From: an uncultured delta proteobacterium
Lineage (GTDB): Bacteria; Desulfobacterota; WTBG01
Direction: 5' to 3'
NCBI GenBank assembly: GCA_963793865.1
Contig: CAWCBP010000001.1
Coordinates: 352,001 to 416,000 of the forward strand
Length of the DNA: 64,000 nucleotides
How positions within the stretch are numbered: position 1 is the stretch's first letter; each line of letters opens with the position of its first letter. Below the pieces are notes generated by a model, which searched no databases, was not told the DNA's origin, and saw only the letters and a list, made by a program, of their open reading frames with translations. The position numbers and the translations under genes were made by a program. Below are positions 20,792 to 32,147 of the stretch, piece after piece.

Positions 20792-21295
20792 ATGCGAGCC
20801 TTTCTTAGTGCATCACTCATTTTATTGCTGTTTGTGGGCTGCGCGTCAACGTCTTCGTTATTGGTCGACGAGGATGTATATTCGGGTTCCGGCGATTGCC
20901 TGTATTATCCCTACACCTGCCTGGATTCAGTTGATCCCTGGTATGGAGTATATCCGTATGATTTGTGGGGTTATGATTACTACGATCATGACGATTGGTA
21001 TGACCATCCCGATCGTCACCATTATCCCTATTATTTGTGGAGGCATCACCACCCGAAACCTGAAAAACCCTGGTTTGTAAGGAGGCATCTTAATCAGGCC
21101 GGCGAGAGAATCGCAAGCATACGGAAGGCCAGGAGAGAAGCGCGTGAGCAGCGAATCAGCAATGCCCGCCATGCCCGGCAGCACCGGATTGATATGAGGA
21201 GAGAACGGGCCAACAGTTTCCGATCCACCTTTCACCGGTCAAGACCGGGGGGGCACGGTTTTAGAGGCGGCTTTGGAGGCTTCAGAAGAAGATAA
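20792..21295 (+). CDS. hypothetical low-complexity lipoprotein
   Basis: Lipobox LFVGC; Tyr/Asp/His-rich middle; Arg-rich and GF/RGG tail. Confidence 0.65.
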   Translation: MRAFLSASLILLLFVGCASTSSLLVDEDVYSGSGDCLYYPYTCLDSVDPWYGVYPYDLWGYDYYDHDDWYDHPDRHHYPYYLWRHHHPKPEKPWFVRRHLNQAGERIASIRKARREAREQRISNARHARQHRIDMRRERANSFRSTFHRSRPGGHGFRGGFGGFRRR

Positions 21296-21362
21296 GTCGT
21301 GCATCGTGATTTTTAAAGGTTCCTGAGTTTCAGGACGACGGTAACTTTATGGCACTGTAGAG

Positions 21363-21397
21363 ACGGGGTATTCGCTTAATAACCCCGTTTTTTATTT
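21363..21397 (+). terminator. intrinsic terminator
   Basis: ACGGGGTATT...AATAACCCCGT followed by TTTTTATTT. Confidence 0.65.
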
Positions 21398-21474
21398 GCC
21401 GACCCATTTCCAGTCCATCTCTCGTTTTAGCATTACCTTCGCATCCCAAATTGCTTTGAACAGATTGACATGTC

Positions 21475-22548
21475 TCAGACTATATTTAATGGAATGGTGC
21501 GCGATTTTGCTTTCCATCCCGTTATGTCTCCCATGGTGTGCGCCATGAGCAGCAGAACAATCGGATATGCTTCATAGTAAGCTCTCAGCTCATCCAGGAA
21601 CCCGAAAAAAAGACAAAGCAATACAAGGGGAGGCAGAATCCATAGTCCGCATTTGAGAAAGAGTGGTTTTTCTTCCCATTTGTAGAGTACCATCAGTGTG
21701 ATAAAAAGGTAAACGAACGCCTCTATTGAATACGGAGGTATCTTCAGGTTGTGCTTTGTAAGGATACCGTTAATATCCAGGAGAAAACTGCCGGGGTTGT
21801 CATAAAAAAAGTAATTAAGGATTGCCCTTGCAATAAGATAAATTACTATTTGAGCTGACAGGATCTTCATAAAAGATGGCTTAGCCAATCGAGTTATGGG
21901 TACACAATAGAAATAAATCACGAACAACATGGTAAGCAATATCGTGGTTTCTTTATTAAAGCAGGCCAGTGTATAAACAACTAAAAAATGCATCCACTTT
22001 TTTCGGGCCATCAGGGCAAGGCCCAGGGTAAAAAGAAAGAGGGTGCTGAAATCGTAAATAAAGCTGGTGTATTTAAACATTACCGGAAGGCCGAGTAACG
22101 CCGCCAGGGATGTCAGGTCCACCAGTTTATCCGGAGCCTCATAGACGGTCTTAAAGAGATATCTCAAGGCAAAGAAAAACCCGGCAAGCCCAAGATACAT
22201 CACAATGCAGCCAATAAGAAATTCTGTAAGAATATATTTTTCCAAGCGCCCCTTGTTATCATTCATCAGCTTGAAGGTTTTATTTTCCCAGACGGTTTCA
22301 TTGATTGCCTGCTTTGTTTCTTGAGGTATGAGTGAAGCGGTGGCGCGGATGCTAAAGGGTACAAGGGCACGATAGGCATACGGCTTGAATGCAATTCCAT
22401 AAACCATACGTACAAAGCTGGCCGGCTGAAATTTATTGATTCCAACTTGAAGAAACATGGAAAAGACGAGGATGGAGGCGATGAAACAGGTAATGTAGTA
22501 ACCGAATCTAATCCCCGATTTTTTCGCTATTTCTTTTGCATGCAGCAT
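21475..22548 (-). CDS. polytopic membrane protein, probable GT-C-type glycosyltransferase
   Basis: About 10 hydrophobic segments; PYAYRALVP, YDF and NKET motifs; family assignment is inference. Confidence 0.55.
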   Translation of the reverse strand: MLHAKEIAKKSGIRFGYYITCFIASILVFSMFLQVGINKFQPASFVRMVYGIAFKPYAYRALVPFSIRATASLIPQETKQAINETVWENKTFKLMNDNKGRLEKYILTEFLIGCIVMYLGLAGFFFALRYLFKTVYEAPDKLVDLTSLAALLGLPVMFKYTSFIYDFSTLFLFTLGLALMARKKWMHFLVVYTLACFNKETTILLTMLFVIYFYCVPITRLAKPSFMKILSAQIVIYLIARAILNYFFYDNPGSFLLDINGILTKHNLKIPPYSIEAFVYLFITLMVLYKWEEKPLFLKCGLWILPPLVLLCLFFGFLDELRAYYEAYPIVLLLMAHTMGDITGWKAKSRTIPLNIV

Positions 22549-22799
22549 CAGAGGTGCTCTTATAAAATAATAATCGCTAAGATTGTCACGTGTCCATTAA
22601 AAACATCATTGGTATCAAGAATGCAAGCCTTTGATTCTATTAATCGATATATTATTACTGATGGCTCACAGGTAATGTTACGATACTGGTCTTGAATTTT
22701 AATGAAAATTGCTATAAAAACAAGATAATAATTATTTATTTAATTTGAACAAAAAAATTTACCATTTAGCATGATTATCTTTGATGGGCCTTATAACCA

Positions 22800-24320
22800 A
22801 TGAAAACGCCCGCGACAATTGTTAACCGCGAATTTCTTTATGTTTTTGGAGTTGTGGCTCTTCTTGCGGTAACGGTATGCTTGGTAATCTTTACCTGTTG
22901 CCGTTCTCCGGTTGCAGGAATGTCTGATATTATCAGCACTCTTAATAATTATAATCTCATCCTGGTTAACATTGATGCCCTCAGGGCGGATCATGTGGGT
23001 TGTTATGGCTATGACCGCAATACATCCCCCTTCATTAATTCATTGGCTGCAGAGGGGATTATTTTTGAACGGGCATTGTCAAATTCATCATATACCCGGG
23101 AATCGGTGGCAGTTCTTCTTTCGGGGAAATTACCGTCCAGTGGAAATACCGTTGGATGGAATGCCAAACCATCGAAGAGCATTGCGAACATGGGGGAATT
23201 ATTCAGCGATGCAGGATATAAAACCGCCTTTTTCAGCGACACCAACATGCTGCAGCATCCTAATTTTACCAGCGGGTTTCAAGAAATCTATCATCTGAAG
23301 AAATGGGGGGTGAGTGGAAACGGCCTTCAGCTCTCAGTACGTGCCGGGGAATTTATAAAAAGATGTAATGGTAAAAAGTTCATGATCTATCTGCACTATT
23401 TAGACCCTCATGGTCCCTATAATCCCCCTGACGAGTTATATTTACGATTTGCAGAAAGTCTTTATCCTAATCCGCTCGACCTGTACCGGTATGTGAGACA
23501 AAATATTGTGTCGCTGGTAAAGGATGGGTTTGGCCCGGGAGATGTTCGTTTTGAAGATATGGTTACAAGATATGATGCTGAAATAGCTCATACCGATCAA
23601 TCAATAGAGCTGCTCTTTACACACCTTGACAATTTAAACCTGCTGAAGAATACATTGGTGGTAATTACTGCCGACCATGGTGAAGAGTTTCTGGAACACG
23701 GTTACGTCGAACATGCGTGGACATTATATAATGAATCACTTCACATTCCTTTCATTGTATGGGCTCCCGCTGTTATCGCGCCGAAGCGTATAGCGGAGCT
23801 GGTGTCGACGGTGGATATGTTGCCGACCATACTTGCGATAATGGCAATTCCTCACACCAGAAGTGATTTTGATGGTAATTGCTTATTTACCAGGAAAGGT
23901 AAGGGATTCAGATTTACACCACCGGACAAGCCGTTTATAGCGGAACTTTTGATTCAACACAGAAATATAATTCGTGCTGTTATTCAGGATGATTGGAAAT
24001 ACATTGCCGCGCTGAAGTGGCTGCAAACTCAGGATCGGGCGGGCGCTCTATCCCAAATGAAGCAAATTGAAGGAAATAAAGCATCACACCTGGATATATG
24101 GAATACCGTTGTTCATGAGGAGCTCTACAATCTATCCAAAGATCCGCAGGAAAAAAACAATCTTGTAGATGCAGGGGTCAAAAGCAGGCTCGGGGAAATT
24201 ATTGAAGAATATAAAAACTATTGCAGGCAACAAGGTATACAAGACAGTCCGGATACTGATAAAGATCCGCCGCTTTCTGAGGATGATATTGGAAAACTTA
24301 AATCCCTTGGTTATTTCTGA
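22800..24320 (+). CDS. exported sulfatase-like hydrolase/transferase (alkaline phosphatase superfamily, Thr at nucleophile position)
   Basis: N-terminal anchor; IDALRADH, SSYTRES, HYLDPHGPY, TADHGEEF and C-terminal LKSLGYF. Confidence 0.85.
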   Translation: MKTPATIVNREFLYVFGVVALLAVTVCLVIFTCCRSPVAGMSDIISTLNNYNLILVNIDALRADHVGCYGYDRNTSPFINSLAAEGIIFERALSNSSYTRESVAVLLSGKLPSSGNTVGWNAKPSKSIANMGELFSDAGYKTAFFSDTNMLQHPNFTSGFQEIYHLKKWGVSGNGLQLSVRAGEFIKRCNGKKFMIYLHYLDPHGPYNPPDELYLRFAESLYPNPLDLYRYVRQNIVSLVKDGFGPGDVRFEDMVTRYDAEIAHTDQSIELLFTHLDNLNLLKNTLVVITADHGEEFLEHGYVEHAWTLYNESLHIPFIVWAPAVIAPKRIAELVSTVDMLPTILAIMAIPHTRSDFDGNCLFTRKGKGFRFTPPDKPFIAELLIQHRNIIRAVIQDDWKYIAALKWLQTQDRAGALSQMKQIEGNKASHLDIWNTVVHEELYNLSKDPQEKNNLVDAGVKSRLGEIIEEYKNYCRQQGIQDSPDTDKDPPLSEDDIGKLKSLGYF

Positions 24321-24825
24321 TGTAAAGCAATTGGCGCATCATATAGAATAGATATTCCATTTATCCATACCTGCCAAAATGAGGGCGCGTTGGTTCTGTA
24401 GAGGAGAGGGGGAGGTGAATAGACAACTTATGACAGGCATTGACGCTCGATCATTGTAATGCATGGAGTATGGTACATAAAAGCCGGATTTCAGGAGCAT
24501 TATGAACTATCCGGAAAAGAGGGGACGTTGTTTCTTAAGGCAACTTACGATAGGCATTGACACTCAATCATCGGCGTAATTAAGATCATCGGTTTATTCG
24601 GAGGAAGTTGCTTGAAGAAACAACGTCCCCCAAGTGGGAGAAAAACAGTTGCATAAGCGAACCTTCATTGATGATCGTCGTTGTCAGACGGCAGCAGGTT
24701 TGTGTTGGATGTAGAATCAGGCCATCAGGTAATTTTTCTACAGTAGCCGCATAAGACGGGTTCGGTGCGGCATTCCTTTTTTCTAAAGTTGTTCTCAGAA
24801 ACAACGTCTCTCGAATATAACAGGA

Positions 24826-24861
24826 AGAAAAAGCCTCCCGGTATTGCAGCCGAGAGGCTTT
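24826..24861 (-). terminator. intrinsic terminator of the DUF1566 gene
   Basis: Minus strand AAAGCCTCTCGG...CCGGGAGGCTTTTTCTTC. Confidence 0.6.
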
Positions 24862-24896
24862 CGCATCGAAAAAAAGGATCAGGGATAATTCCCGCC

Positions 24897-26374
24897 TTAT
24901 GGATACGCGCACCACGGTCCTATCGCGCAAACGGGACAGGGATTTGTCATATTGCTTCTGCCGAAATCTGATTTAAACAGCGCCGCATCGGATCCGTCGA
25001 CATTCCCATTGCAGGCAAAATCACCATTGCAGGGGTCATCACCAGTGCAGGGATTTAAGTAATTGCTTCTGCCAAAATCCGCTTTAAAGGTTGCTGCGTC
25101 GCCGCCATCCACATCCTGGTCGCCATTAAAATTGCCCTCGCATTCGCAGGCATCCCCACAACTATTTCCGCCCGGGGGATAGGAGTCTAACTGGTCCGGA
25201 TTGCTAAGGGTTGGGCAGTTGTCGCAGGTATCACCCATTCCATCTCCATCACCCGCGTCTTCCTGGCCCTGATTCGCAGTGAGAGGGCAGTTATCGTTGG
25301 GATAGATAACCGTATCATTATCAGGGTCCGGATGACGTACACACCGTACATAATTTTCATAATAGATTTGGTTGCTGTATTTGTTTCCGTAATAGAGTTC
25401 GCCATCTGCGAAATCGATCGAGAAAGCCTTCTTGTAGTGACATTTGCTGCAGGATGTGCCCGTCCAGTATAGCCCGCTGTTAGTATTGGGAAAGTAGTCT
25501 GTATCAGTCGCCGGATTACTCGTGCCCAGCTCCACTATTCTTTCCAGTTCCTTGGGATTGGGGAGCCTCCAGTCATCATAGCCGCCCAGAAGAAGATTTT
25601 CACAATAGATAAGGGCGTTTTTCCAGGTATACAGATTATCCTTATCCCCGCTGCCGCCATCATCGGTTTTCTGCTCCCACATATATCCCGTGGCAGCATC
25701 GGTCACCGTTCCATCACCATTATCCGTGAAGCTTGAAGAGGGCAGCGTATTACCCCGCACACACCGCGCCTTAAGGGGATTTTCCGTTTTACCGACCGAT
25801 TGTATGAGCCCGAACGACAAAAGTATTCCCCACACTTTTGAAGCATCATTATGATATTCCGTGGAGGTCCAGTAGAACACCTCATACGAGTTGACATAGG
25901 TGAAGTAAGGAAAGTAGGTTATATTCAGCGCAGGACTTACCCTGCTAAAATTAAGGAGGGTCGAGTATTCTTGTCGTGTGGGCAATCTCCAATCATCCTG
26001 ACCGGCCAATGAGAGCGTTGTGCAGTACGTTAGTGCGTCACTGTAGCTGTAGGTGGCTGTTTCGTTTATCTCTGTCTTCTGTTCCCAGGTAAGCCCTGTG
26101 AGATTATCGGTTACCGTACCATCTCCGTTATCGGTCAAATCAGGCGGGTTTATGATGTAGGTTGCATCCTGACCGTAGAAATCTTGACCCTCGACGGGAC
26201 AGTAAGGCAATGAATCGCATACCTGAACGAATCCTTCCATATGCCAGGTATCACACATTATCTTGTCCCAATTGTAGCAAAGCACCTGGCCGGTATCGGG
26301 TATTACAAGGTCATAGGAGAGAGCGTACAAGGGGGTTGAAGAAGCATGAAAAGCATCAGTGCGGATTTTTTCAT
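24897..26374 (-). CDS. secreted protein: two DUF1566 (Lcl C-terminal) domains, thrombospondin type-3-like repeats and Cys-rich dockerin-like C-terminus (signal peptide in another frame)
   Basis: DNGDGTVTD..TGL.WEQ, DWRLP and RCVR each twice; DNCP repeats; two GxFxxDxDVDGxDAxxFKxDFGR units; MKKSALMLF at 26374 is out of frame with the 26330 ORF. Confidence 0.8.
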
Positions 26375-26635
26375 AGGATCTCCTCGCAGAATAAGGTATT
26401 TATAATTTTCATAATTATACACCAATTATATTAAAAAAGATATGGGAGATATGACTTAAGTCATAAAATGTAAAAATTAGTTTTTAAAAAAAACAAACGT
26501 TCCGAATAGTACTGCCTTATGTAAGTAGTGCGCGTCAGTTTGGAGCAATCGTTTTATGTGCACGCTCTAAAATGAGCTGCCGGAAAATCAGCTTGAAGGA
26601 TACCCAATATAGTGATATGAGTCTCAGTCAGCATA

Positions 26636-26856
26636 CAGGAGTCAGTGGTCGGAAGTCAAAAGACAGTAGTCAGGAGCCAGAAACCAGGAGCCGGAGTTTT
26701 TCGATCCCTACGATAAGTTTTTAAGATTTCTCAGTCGCTGCGCTTCTTCGAAATGACAGCGGAGACGATAAGGTATAGGAGCTGTCATCCTGCGACTTGA
26801 TCGCAGGATCCAATAATTATAAGTGACTGGGTTCTGCGGTCGAGCCGCAGAATGAC
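26636..26856. repeat. repeat cluster: AGTCAGG heptamers, AGATTTCTC..CGAAATGACA module and GTCATCCTGCG palindrome pair
   Basis: gtcatcctgcgacttgatcgcaggatcca (26784-26812) and ctgggttctgcggtcgagccgcagaatgac; the same modules occur at 15863-15935 and 49834-49951. Confidence 0.8.
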
Positions 26857-26945
26857 CGTTTACTTATCAATGCGCGATTCCTCGGTGGCGTTTGTGGTCA
26901 CGTCCCGGGGGCTCAAATGCTTTTCTCGTTATACAGAGGTAGCCT

Positions 26946-27845
26946 ATGAAAGGAATAATTCTGGCGGGCGGGTCGGGAAGCCGGCTCTATCCCATCACCC
27001 GCGCGGTGAGCAAGCAGCTCATTCCCATCTACGACAAGCCCATGATCTATTACCCCCTGTCGGTGCTCATGCTCTCCGGCATCCGGGAAATCCTGATCAT
27101 CTCCACGCCCGAAGATCTGCCCCGCTTCAAGGCCCTCTTCGATGACGGGTCCCAGCTCGGCATCTCATTCTCCTACGCGGAGCAACTCCGTCCCGAAGGC
27201 CTGGCCCATGCCTTTATCCTCGGCAAAAGCTTCATCGGCAGCGATACCGTCTGCCTCATTCTCGGCGACAACATCTTTTACGGCCATGGCCTCTCGGAGA
27301 GATTTCTCAAGTGCTCGAGCCTGAAGCAGGGCGGGATCGTCTTCGGCTATCCGGTGCGCGATCCCGAGCGGTACGGGGTGGTTGAGTTTGACGGGCAGGG
27401 AACGGCCATCGGCATTGAGGAGAAGCCGTCACGGCCCAAATCCAACTACGCGGTCCCCGGTCTCTATTATTACGACAACCAGGTGGTGTCCATTGCGGAG
27501 AATCTGAAGCCCTCCGCCCGCGGTGAGCTTGAAATTACCGACGTGAACCGGGAGTACCTGCAGCGCAGGCAGCTTAAGGTTGAGATACTGGGCCGGGGTT
27601 TTGCCTGGCTGGATACGGGGACCTATGAATCGCTTCAGCAGGCCAGCGATTTTGTGCGGGTCATCCAGGAGCGGCAGGGCTTAAAGACTGCCTGCATCGA
27701 GGAGATCGCCTTCCGCCAGGGCTATATCGACCGGGACCAGCTTAAAAGGCTTGCCTCCGCCATGATCAAAACGGAATACGGCCAGTACCTCCTCGCGCTC
27801 CTTGACGAGAAAAAGGATTTGGAACATGGCGCTCCGATTTATTAA
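26946..27845 (+). CDS. rfbA: glucose-1-phosphate thymidylyltransferase
   Basis: [30 protein letters not shown] and WLDTGT motifs. Confidence 0.96.
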   Translation: MKGIILAGGSGSRLYPITRAVSKQLIPIYDKPMIYYPLSVLMLSGIREILIISTPEDLPRFKALFDDGSQLGISFSYAEQLRPEGLAHAFILGKSFIGSDTVCLILGDNIFYGHGLSERFLKCSSLKQGGIVFGYPVRDPERYGVVEFDGQGTAIGIEEKPSRPKSNYAVPGLYYYDNQVVSIAENLKPSARGELEITDVNREYLQRRQLKVEILGRGFAWLDTGTYESLQQASDFVRVIQERQGLKTACIEEIAFRQGYIDRDQLKRLASAMIKTEYGQYLLALLDEKKDLEHGAPIY

Positions 27846-28389
27846 CACCGCGCTTCCCGGGGTGACGCTTATCGAGACCGACGTCTTCAGCGACGCGCGG
27901 GGCTATTTCATGGAAACCCATCACCAGCAGAAGTACGCCGCGGGGGGAATGGTGAAACCCTTTGTGCAGGACAACCGCTCTCACTCGGTCAGGAATGTTC
28001 TGCGCGGGCTTCACTATCAGCTCCTGCACCCCCAGGCCAAGCTGGTATATGTGGTTACCGGGGAGATTTTTGATGTGGCGGTTGATATCCGGGTGGGTTC
28101 GCCCACCTTTGGCAGGTGGGACGGGTTGTATCTCTCGGCGGAAAACGGAAGGCAGCTGTTTGTGCCGGAGGGATTCGCCCACGGCTTTTGCGTCCTGAGC
28201 GAAACCGCTGACGTGCTTTACAAGTGTACTGATTTTTACCAGCCGGGTGATGAGCTGGGGGTTGCGTGGAACGATCCGGGCATCGCCATTAACTGGCCCG
28301 TGTCGGGGCCCCTCCTGTCACCCAAGGACAGCCGGTATCCCAATCTCCGGGACATCCCCGATCATCTCCTGCCCCGCTACGCCGGGTGA
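27826..28389 (+). CDS. rfbC: dTDP-4-dehydrorhamnose 3,5-epimerase
   Basis: D.RGYF, QDN.S.S, LRGLHYQ and PEGFAHGF motifs. Confidence 0.95.
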   Translation: MALRFINTALPGVTLIETDVFSDARGYFMETHHQQKYAAGGMVKPFVQDNRSHSVRNVLRGLHYQLLHPQAKLVYVVTGEIFDVAVDIRVGSPTFGRWDGLYLSAENGRQLFVPEGFAHGFCVLSETADVLYKCTDFYQPGDELGVAWNDPGIAINWPVSGPLLSPKDSRYPNLRDIPDHLLPRYAG

Positions 28390-28393
28390 GGTT

Positions 28394-29431
28394 TCACTTC
28401 TTGCTCCAGAACCCTTCGCTCTCCCTCGCCAGCTTTTCCTTGAGCGGCTTCCACCACCATTCGTTTTCGCGGTACCAGGCAACGGTGCTTTTGATTCCTT
28501 CCTGTAAGGTCGTGGTCTGGTTCCAGCCCAGGGTTGACTTGAGCTTGTGATTGTCGAGGGCGTAACGGAAATCATGGCCGGGCCGGTCCTGCACGAAGGT
28601 TAAACAATCCTCGCCCTTGTTAAAGAGGGAGAGTATCTCACGGGCAAGGTCGATGTTGCGCTTTTCGCTCTCCCCCCCCACGTTGTAGACCTCTCCCGGT
28701 TTCCCCTGCTGCATAATAAGATCAATGGCGGAGCAGGTGTTGGTGACATGAATCCAGTCGCGGATATTTTCACCCTTCCCGTAGACGGGTATGTTCATCC
28801 CTTCCATGAGGTTGGTGATCATGAGGGGGATGAATTTTTCAGGGTACTGGTAGGGGCCGTAATTATTGGAGGGGCGGAGAATCAGCACCGGTAGCCCGTA
28901 GGTCTCAAAGTAGGAGCGCACCAGCAGGTCCGCGCCGGTCTTGCTGGCTGAATAGGGGGAATTGGGGCGCAGCGGGCTGTCCTCGGTAAAAACGCCTTCG
29001 CTGCCCAGCGTTCCGTACACCTCATCGGTTGAGATGTGCACAAAGCGGAAGGAGGTGTCCTTGGCAAGGGGGCCGGCCCAGTAATGCCGTGCCGCTTCCA
29101 GGAGCACGCAGGTACCCACCACATTGGTGTTGGCGAAAGGGCGGGCGCTGAGGATGGATCGGTCAACGTGGGTCTCAGCGGCAAAGTGGACCACGGCCTC
29201 TATGGTATGCTCCTTAAACATCCGGGTCACGATGTGCTCATCAGTGATGTCGCCCCGGACAAATCGATAGCGCTCATCGTTATTGATCCCCTTGAGATTT
29301 TCAGGGTTGCCGGAATAGGTGAGCATGTCAAGATTGATGAGCATGCAGTCCGGGTGGGCGCCGCGCAGGTAATGAATGAAATTTGAGCCGATGAATCCGC
29401 AGCCGCCGGTGATTAAAATGGTTTTGGTCAT
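28394..29431 (-). CDS. rfbB: dTDP-glucose 4,6-dehydratase
   Basis: TGGCGFIGSNF, HFAAETHVDRSI, STDEVYG, PYSASK and DRPGHD.RY motifs. Confidence 0.95.
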   Translation of the reverse strand: MTKTILITGGCGFIGSNFIHYLRGAHPDCMLINLDMLTYSGNPENLKGINNDERYRFVRGDITDEHIVTRMFKEHTIEAVVHFAAETHVDRSILSARPFANTNVVGTCVLLEAARHYWAGPLAKDTSFRFVHISTDEVYGTLGSEGVFTEDSPLRPNSPYSASKTGADLLVRSYFETYGLPVLILRPSNNYGPYQYPEKFIPLMITNLMEGMNIPVYGKGENIRDWIHVTNTCSAIDLIMQQGKPGEVYNVGGESEKRNIDLAREILSLFNKGEDCLTFVQDRPGHDFRYALDNHKLKSTLGWNQTTTLQEGIKSTVAWYRENEWWWKPLKEKLARESEGFWSKK

Positions 29432-29663
29432 GTTTTCTTGTTCCCCCTTGAAAAATTTTGTTTATATCTCATGTCTGCTGTGAAATCGCTATTACTCGCT
29501 GCACCATTATCTAATATTCATATAGATCTTTTGCATGTGTCAACTGTAATTTGCCTTGAGCACTCAAGGGTTAAGCAACTGTAGAGAAAAGTGCAGCCAA
29601 ACTGATTAGTGCCATATGTATTGGTCCATATAAATAAGTTTTGATTAACCAATGACAAAGACT

Positions 29664-30377
29664 TTAACCTTTGAACTTTTCTATATCCCGATAGAGTGAA
29701 AAGAGACGTTTGAGGGTTAAGACAATGTGTTTGGGCGATACCGTTGACGTTCCCCCCGCCCGGGGATAGTGCCTGACCCCCACCTCCCTGATGGAATAGT
29801 TCTTGATCCGTGCCTTGGTTAAAAGCTCCGCGTTAAACAAAAAATCGGTTGATTTTATGTTAAGCGCCTCAAAGGCTTTCTTTTTAAAAAGCTTGAACGC
29901 GCAGTCTATGTCCCTGACCTTAAGTGAAAAGAGGATGCGGATAAGCAAGTTGAAGCAGCCGGAGAGAAACTTCCTCATTAATGGATCCTGCCGGTCAATC
30001 CTGTAGCCAATCACCATGTCCGCGCTTCCTTCCCTGGCGTAAGGAAGAAACTCGTCGAGGCTTTCTATTTTGAATTGCCGGTCGGCATCGGTAAAGAAGA
30101 GGTATTCGTACTTGCTTGCCTTGAAGCCGTCCAGCAGGGAACGACCATAGCCCTGATTGGGCGAATGATGAATAACAGAAATGGTCTTATGTTTTGCTGC
30201 CAATGCCTCAGCTATCATCCCGGTAGCATCTGCGCTGCCATCGTTTACAATAATAATTTCATAGGGTATTTTTTTGCCCTCGCAATACCCCATGATTTCT
30301 TCCGACAGCGCCTCTATGTTTTCCGCCTCATTGTACGCGGGAAGTGTAATAGAAATGCCGCCTTGTTCTATGCCCAT
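29664..30377 (-). CDS. GT2 glycosyltransferase, polyprenyl-phosphate (DPM1-like) type
   Basis: LPAYNE, VNDGS.D, N.GYG, DADRQF and D.DCAFKL motifs. Confidence 0.88.
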   Translation of the reverse strand: MGIEQGGISITLPAYNEAENIEALSEEIMGYCEGKKIPYEIIIVNDGSADATGMIAEALAAKHKTISVIHHSPNQGYGRSLLDGFKASKYEYLFFTDADRQFKIESLDEFLPYAREGSADMVIGYRIDRQDPLMRKFLSGCFNLLIRILFSLKVRDIDCAFKLFKKKAFEALNIKSTDFLFNAELLTKARIKNYSIREVGVRHYPRAGGTSTVSPKHIVLTLKRLFSLYRDIEKFKG

Positions 30378-30473
30378 TATATGTCTCCCTTCTCAAGAAA
30401 TCAGGCATGATATATGTTCTTCTGCTCACCGGATAACCGGCTTTGCTCTCTTTTCTGTTTTTTTTCCGGCACG

Positions 30474-32013
30474 TTAATCATTATCTTCCCAGCTGCATTT
30501 GAACACCCGATACCTCATTGCCGTTGGATAGAGAGGAAGGGTGGTGTGGAGGAGCTGGAAATATTTACTGTTGCCGGAATGCAGGAGATTGAAAAACCTA
30601 TCCCATTCATAGAACATGACCAGGTAATCCGGGCGCTTCTCCTTTAAGTAACCGATGACGTTCCGTTGGCTCAGGGGGATGACCCTTTTTGACTGCTGAT
30701 CCAGATAATATCCGGTAACTTCCGGGTTGACCAGGCCCACCAGGTCAAGCATTTTTCTCCCCGAGAAATATCCCACCGCGCCGATGTCGTGCAGGGCAAT
30801 CAGGGCATTTTCCGGCGTGTTGCGCTTAAGCCACAGAGCGAGCTCAATTTTGGGATTCCTGGTGGAAATTATTTCAGCTGCGTAGGTCTTGTCGGCATTG
30901 ATGAAGGATATGCCCTGGTTATAAAGTATCGAAGCGGCGATCAGGACTACTGCCATGATTTGCGCGGCTTTTTTCTTAATCATGCCGGATGCAACCATGG
31001 CACCGCCGGCGATGGCCATGATGATGAAGGGAATAAAGACATGCTGGTACCGGTTCCAGTAATTCTGGATTGCCCCGGGATACGTGACAAAGTACATGCC
31101 GTAGAAAATAATCAAATAAAACCAGAGGTAGGGGAGGGCGATCACTCTTCGCGCAAACAGCATCAGGGGAAGTATGAAAAGGGATGCGGGATAGAGAAAA
31201 GATCCGTAAAAGGGAAGAAAGCGGTTTTTAAAGAAGCCGGCCTTGTTGATAAACGGCATGGTGGTTTCGCCGAAAAAGACCGCCTTGGCATAAGCAGTAT
31301 TGGGCAAAAGGGAACCCGCCTGATAAAAGTATGAACAGCAAATAGGGAATGATCAGGATGATGAATATTTCTACTGAGATGACAAGGTGCTTTATAAGCT
31401 TTTTGTCCCTCTCCGCGAAATACCTGATGAGCTGCCACATCCAGAGAGAGCCCGCGATGAACCAGCCCTCCGGCCTGGTGAGAACAGAAAGGGCGAGCGG
31501 GACGGCATACAGCGCCCTGGGCTGGTAGCGGTAGTAAAGGTAGAAGGTTGCAAGTGAGAAAAAAATGAACGTGGTGGTCTCCAGCCCGCTTAGAGCGTCG
31601 AAGATGAGCCAGCCGCTGGTGGCCACCAGCATTCCGGCCAGCAGTGCGGTGCGCCGGCTGCTGTAAAGCGCGAGGACCCAGAGATAGACCAGGAAGGAGG
31701 AGAGGACAAAAAAAATAACACCGATTGCCAGCGACGCCTCCTCCAACTTCGTGAAGAGACCGAGCAGGGCGATACAGACGATGTGCAGGGGGCTGGTAGC
31801 CCCGGAAAAAAAAGCGCTTCCATCGTAGGTAATGCCGTTGTACTTGAAAAGATTTGCGGCAAAGCGCAGGGTGATGTAGCTGTCGTCAAAAACCAGCAGG
31901 TGCTCCGGGTTGCTCCGCAGGAAATATGAGACCGATACAAGAGCTGCGATCAGCATCAGGAACAGGTCAAGTGCTTTTAAACGGATAATTAAAGGTTGAT
32001 TTTGCCCTTCCAT
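30474..32013 (-). pseudogene. GT-C-type membrane glycosyltransferase, frameshifted near 31310-31330
   Basis: FDDSYITLRFAANL, G.TSPL, SGLET and TRPEG in the upstream part; DIGAVGYFS..DLVGL in the downstream part. Confidence 0.7.
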
Positions 32014-32147
32014 ACAGTAATTAAAATAATCCGGATTTTATCTTTGGATGCTTGAGTGTGATATGATATAATACAACCATTTGAAAATCAACCCGTAATG
32101 ATGCCCGGCGCCGAATACTGTAAATCGACTGCAAGAGAAATGAGGTT

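Noticed and set aside
24424..24571. Two ~30-bp direct repeats as a mini-CRISPR
   Set aside because: Only two imperfect copies about 87 bp apart, with no leader or cas genes.
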